Part shown: positions 63,595 to 64,000 of the stretch, one piece after another | Layout of the letters: each line of letters starts with the position of its first letter | Numbering within the stretch: the stretch's first letter is position 1 | Source of the DNA: an uncultured Acidobacteriota bacterium | GTDB taxonomy: Bacteria; Acidobacteriota; UBA6911; RPQK01; CBDAPI01 | Reading direction: 5' to 3' | Length of the DNA: 64,000 nucleotides | Assembly (NCBI GenBank): GCA_964565865.1 | Contig: CAZMGM010000003.1 | Coordinates: forward strand, 6,572 to 70,571 | The notes under the pieces: generated by a model | The model's database searches: none | Seen by the model: the letters and a program-made list of their open reading frames with translations, nothing else | Told to the model about the DNA's origin: nothing | Translations under genes and position numbers: made by a program

Positions 63595-64000
63595 CTTTCA
63601 AGGAACTGTGCTTGGGGGAATCACGGGAAGCCCCGACTCTCCTTCTGAAGAGCGACTCCGCATTGCGGTTCAGCGGCGGGGACGACTGGCCAAAGGTTCT
63701 CTCGATTTGTTGCAGAGCGTAGGGCTCGATTTCGACTACCACGAGGGACGCCTTTTTGCCCCCTGCAGTAACTTTCCTCTGGAATTGCTGTTTGTTCGCG
63801 ACGACGACATCCCCGAATACGTGCAGGACGGAGTTGCAGATCTGGGAATAGCCGGCCGAAACGTAGTCGAAGAGAAGGGGGGGGCCGTCGAATGTCTCGA
63901 GTCACTGGGCTTTGGGGGCTGCTGCCTAAAGATCGCGGTTCGGGAAGGAGGACCGCTAACAACGATCATGGATCTGGAAGGAAAGCGGATTGCAACCTCC
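63587..64000 (+). CDS. hisG: ATP phosphoribosyltransferase (5' part; continues beyond the window)
   Basis: Hand translation: MNDFQGTVLGG…LRIAVQRRGRLAKGSLDLLQSVGLDF…ELLFVRDDDIPEYVQDGVADLGIAGRNVVEE… is HisG-like. 8-nt overlap with yerC. No stop before the window end. Confidence 0.8.
   Translation, partial: MNDFQGTVLGGITGSPDSPSEERLRIAVQRRGRLAKGSLDLLQSVGLDFDYHEGRLFAPCSNFPLELLFVRDDDIPEYVQDGVADLGIAGRNVVEEKGGAVECLESLGFGGCCLKIAVREGGPLTTIMDLEGKRIATS

Overview
The window reads as a high-GC (about 58-60%) bacterial chromosome segment, gene-dense and mostly housekeeping. I could not assign a lineage from sequence alone; the gene content is consistent with Acidobacteria or another Gram-negative soil phylum. 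Every call below is by eye from the six-frame translations; no searches or computations were run.

In order along the window:
- The 3' end of a molybdenum-hydroxylase (CO-dehydrogenase / xanthine-dehydrogenase family) cluster with its maturation genes: large subunit (partial), FAD subunit, MoxR/CoxD ATPase, VWA/CoxE, MocA, XdhC/CoxF.
- A ROK kinase and a DUF420 membrane protein.
- A ~2 kb AT-rich islet next to tRNA-Val.
- der, an HU/IHF gene and a MerR regulator.
- The purSQLFMN operon on the minus strand.
- Immediately upstream of purS, a compact bacterial-microcompartment (BMC) module: a class II aldolase with a C-terminal encapsulation-peptide-like helix, one BMC-H and three tandem BMC-P genes.
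- ruvAB, tRNA-Pro, acyP, apt, tRNA-Arg, a dGTPase, yceD-rpmF-fabD-fabG-acpP-fabF.
- The pgpH-ybeY-corC operon, ribD, a decayed Crp/Fnr pseudogene, thiE, an SNF transporter, accBC, an M24 peptidase.
- rplM-rpsI, rpsB-tsf-pyrH-frr, lepB, carAB.
- korAB (2-oxoacid:ferredoxin oxidoreductase), a FadB-like enzyme, yerC and the start of hisG.

The most unusual content is the minimal aldolase plus shell-protein BMC module with no aldehyde dehydrogenase or other metabolosome core enzymes nearby. Other items worth a second look are a structured ~190-nt purS leader of unknown class, a dispersed 7-bp-period tandem-repeat family at four intergenic sites, and the Crp pseudogene with three in-frame nonsense codons.
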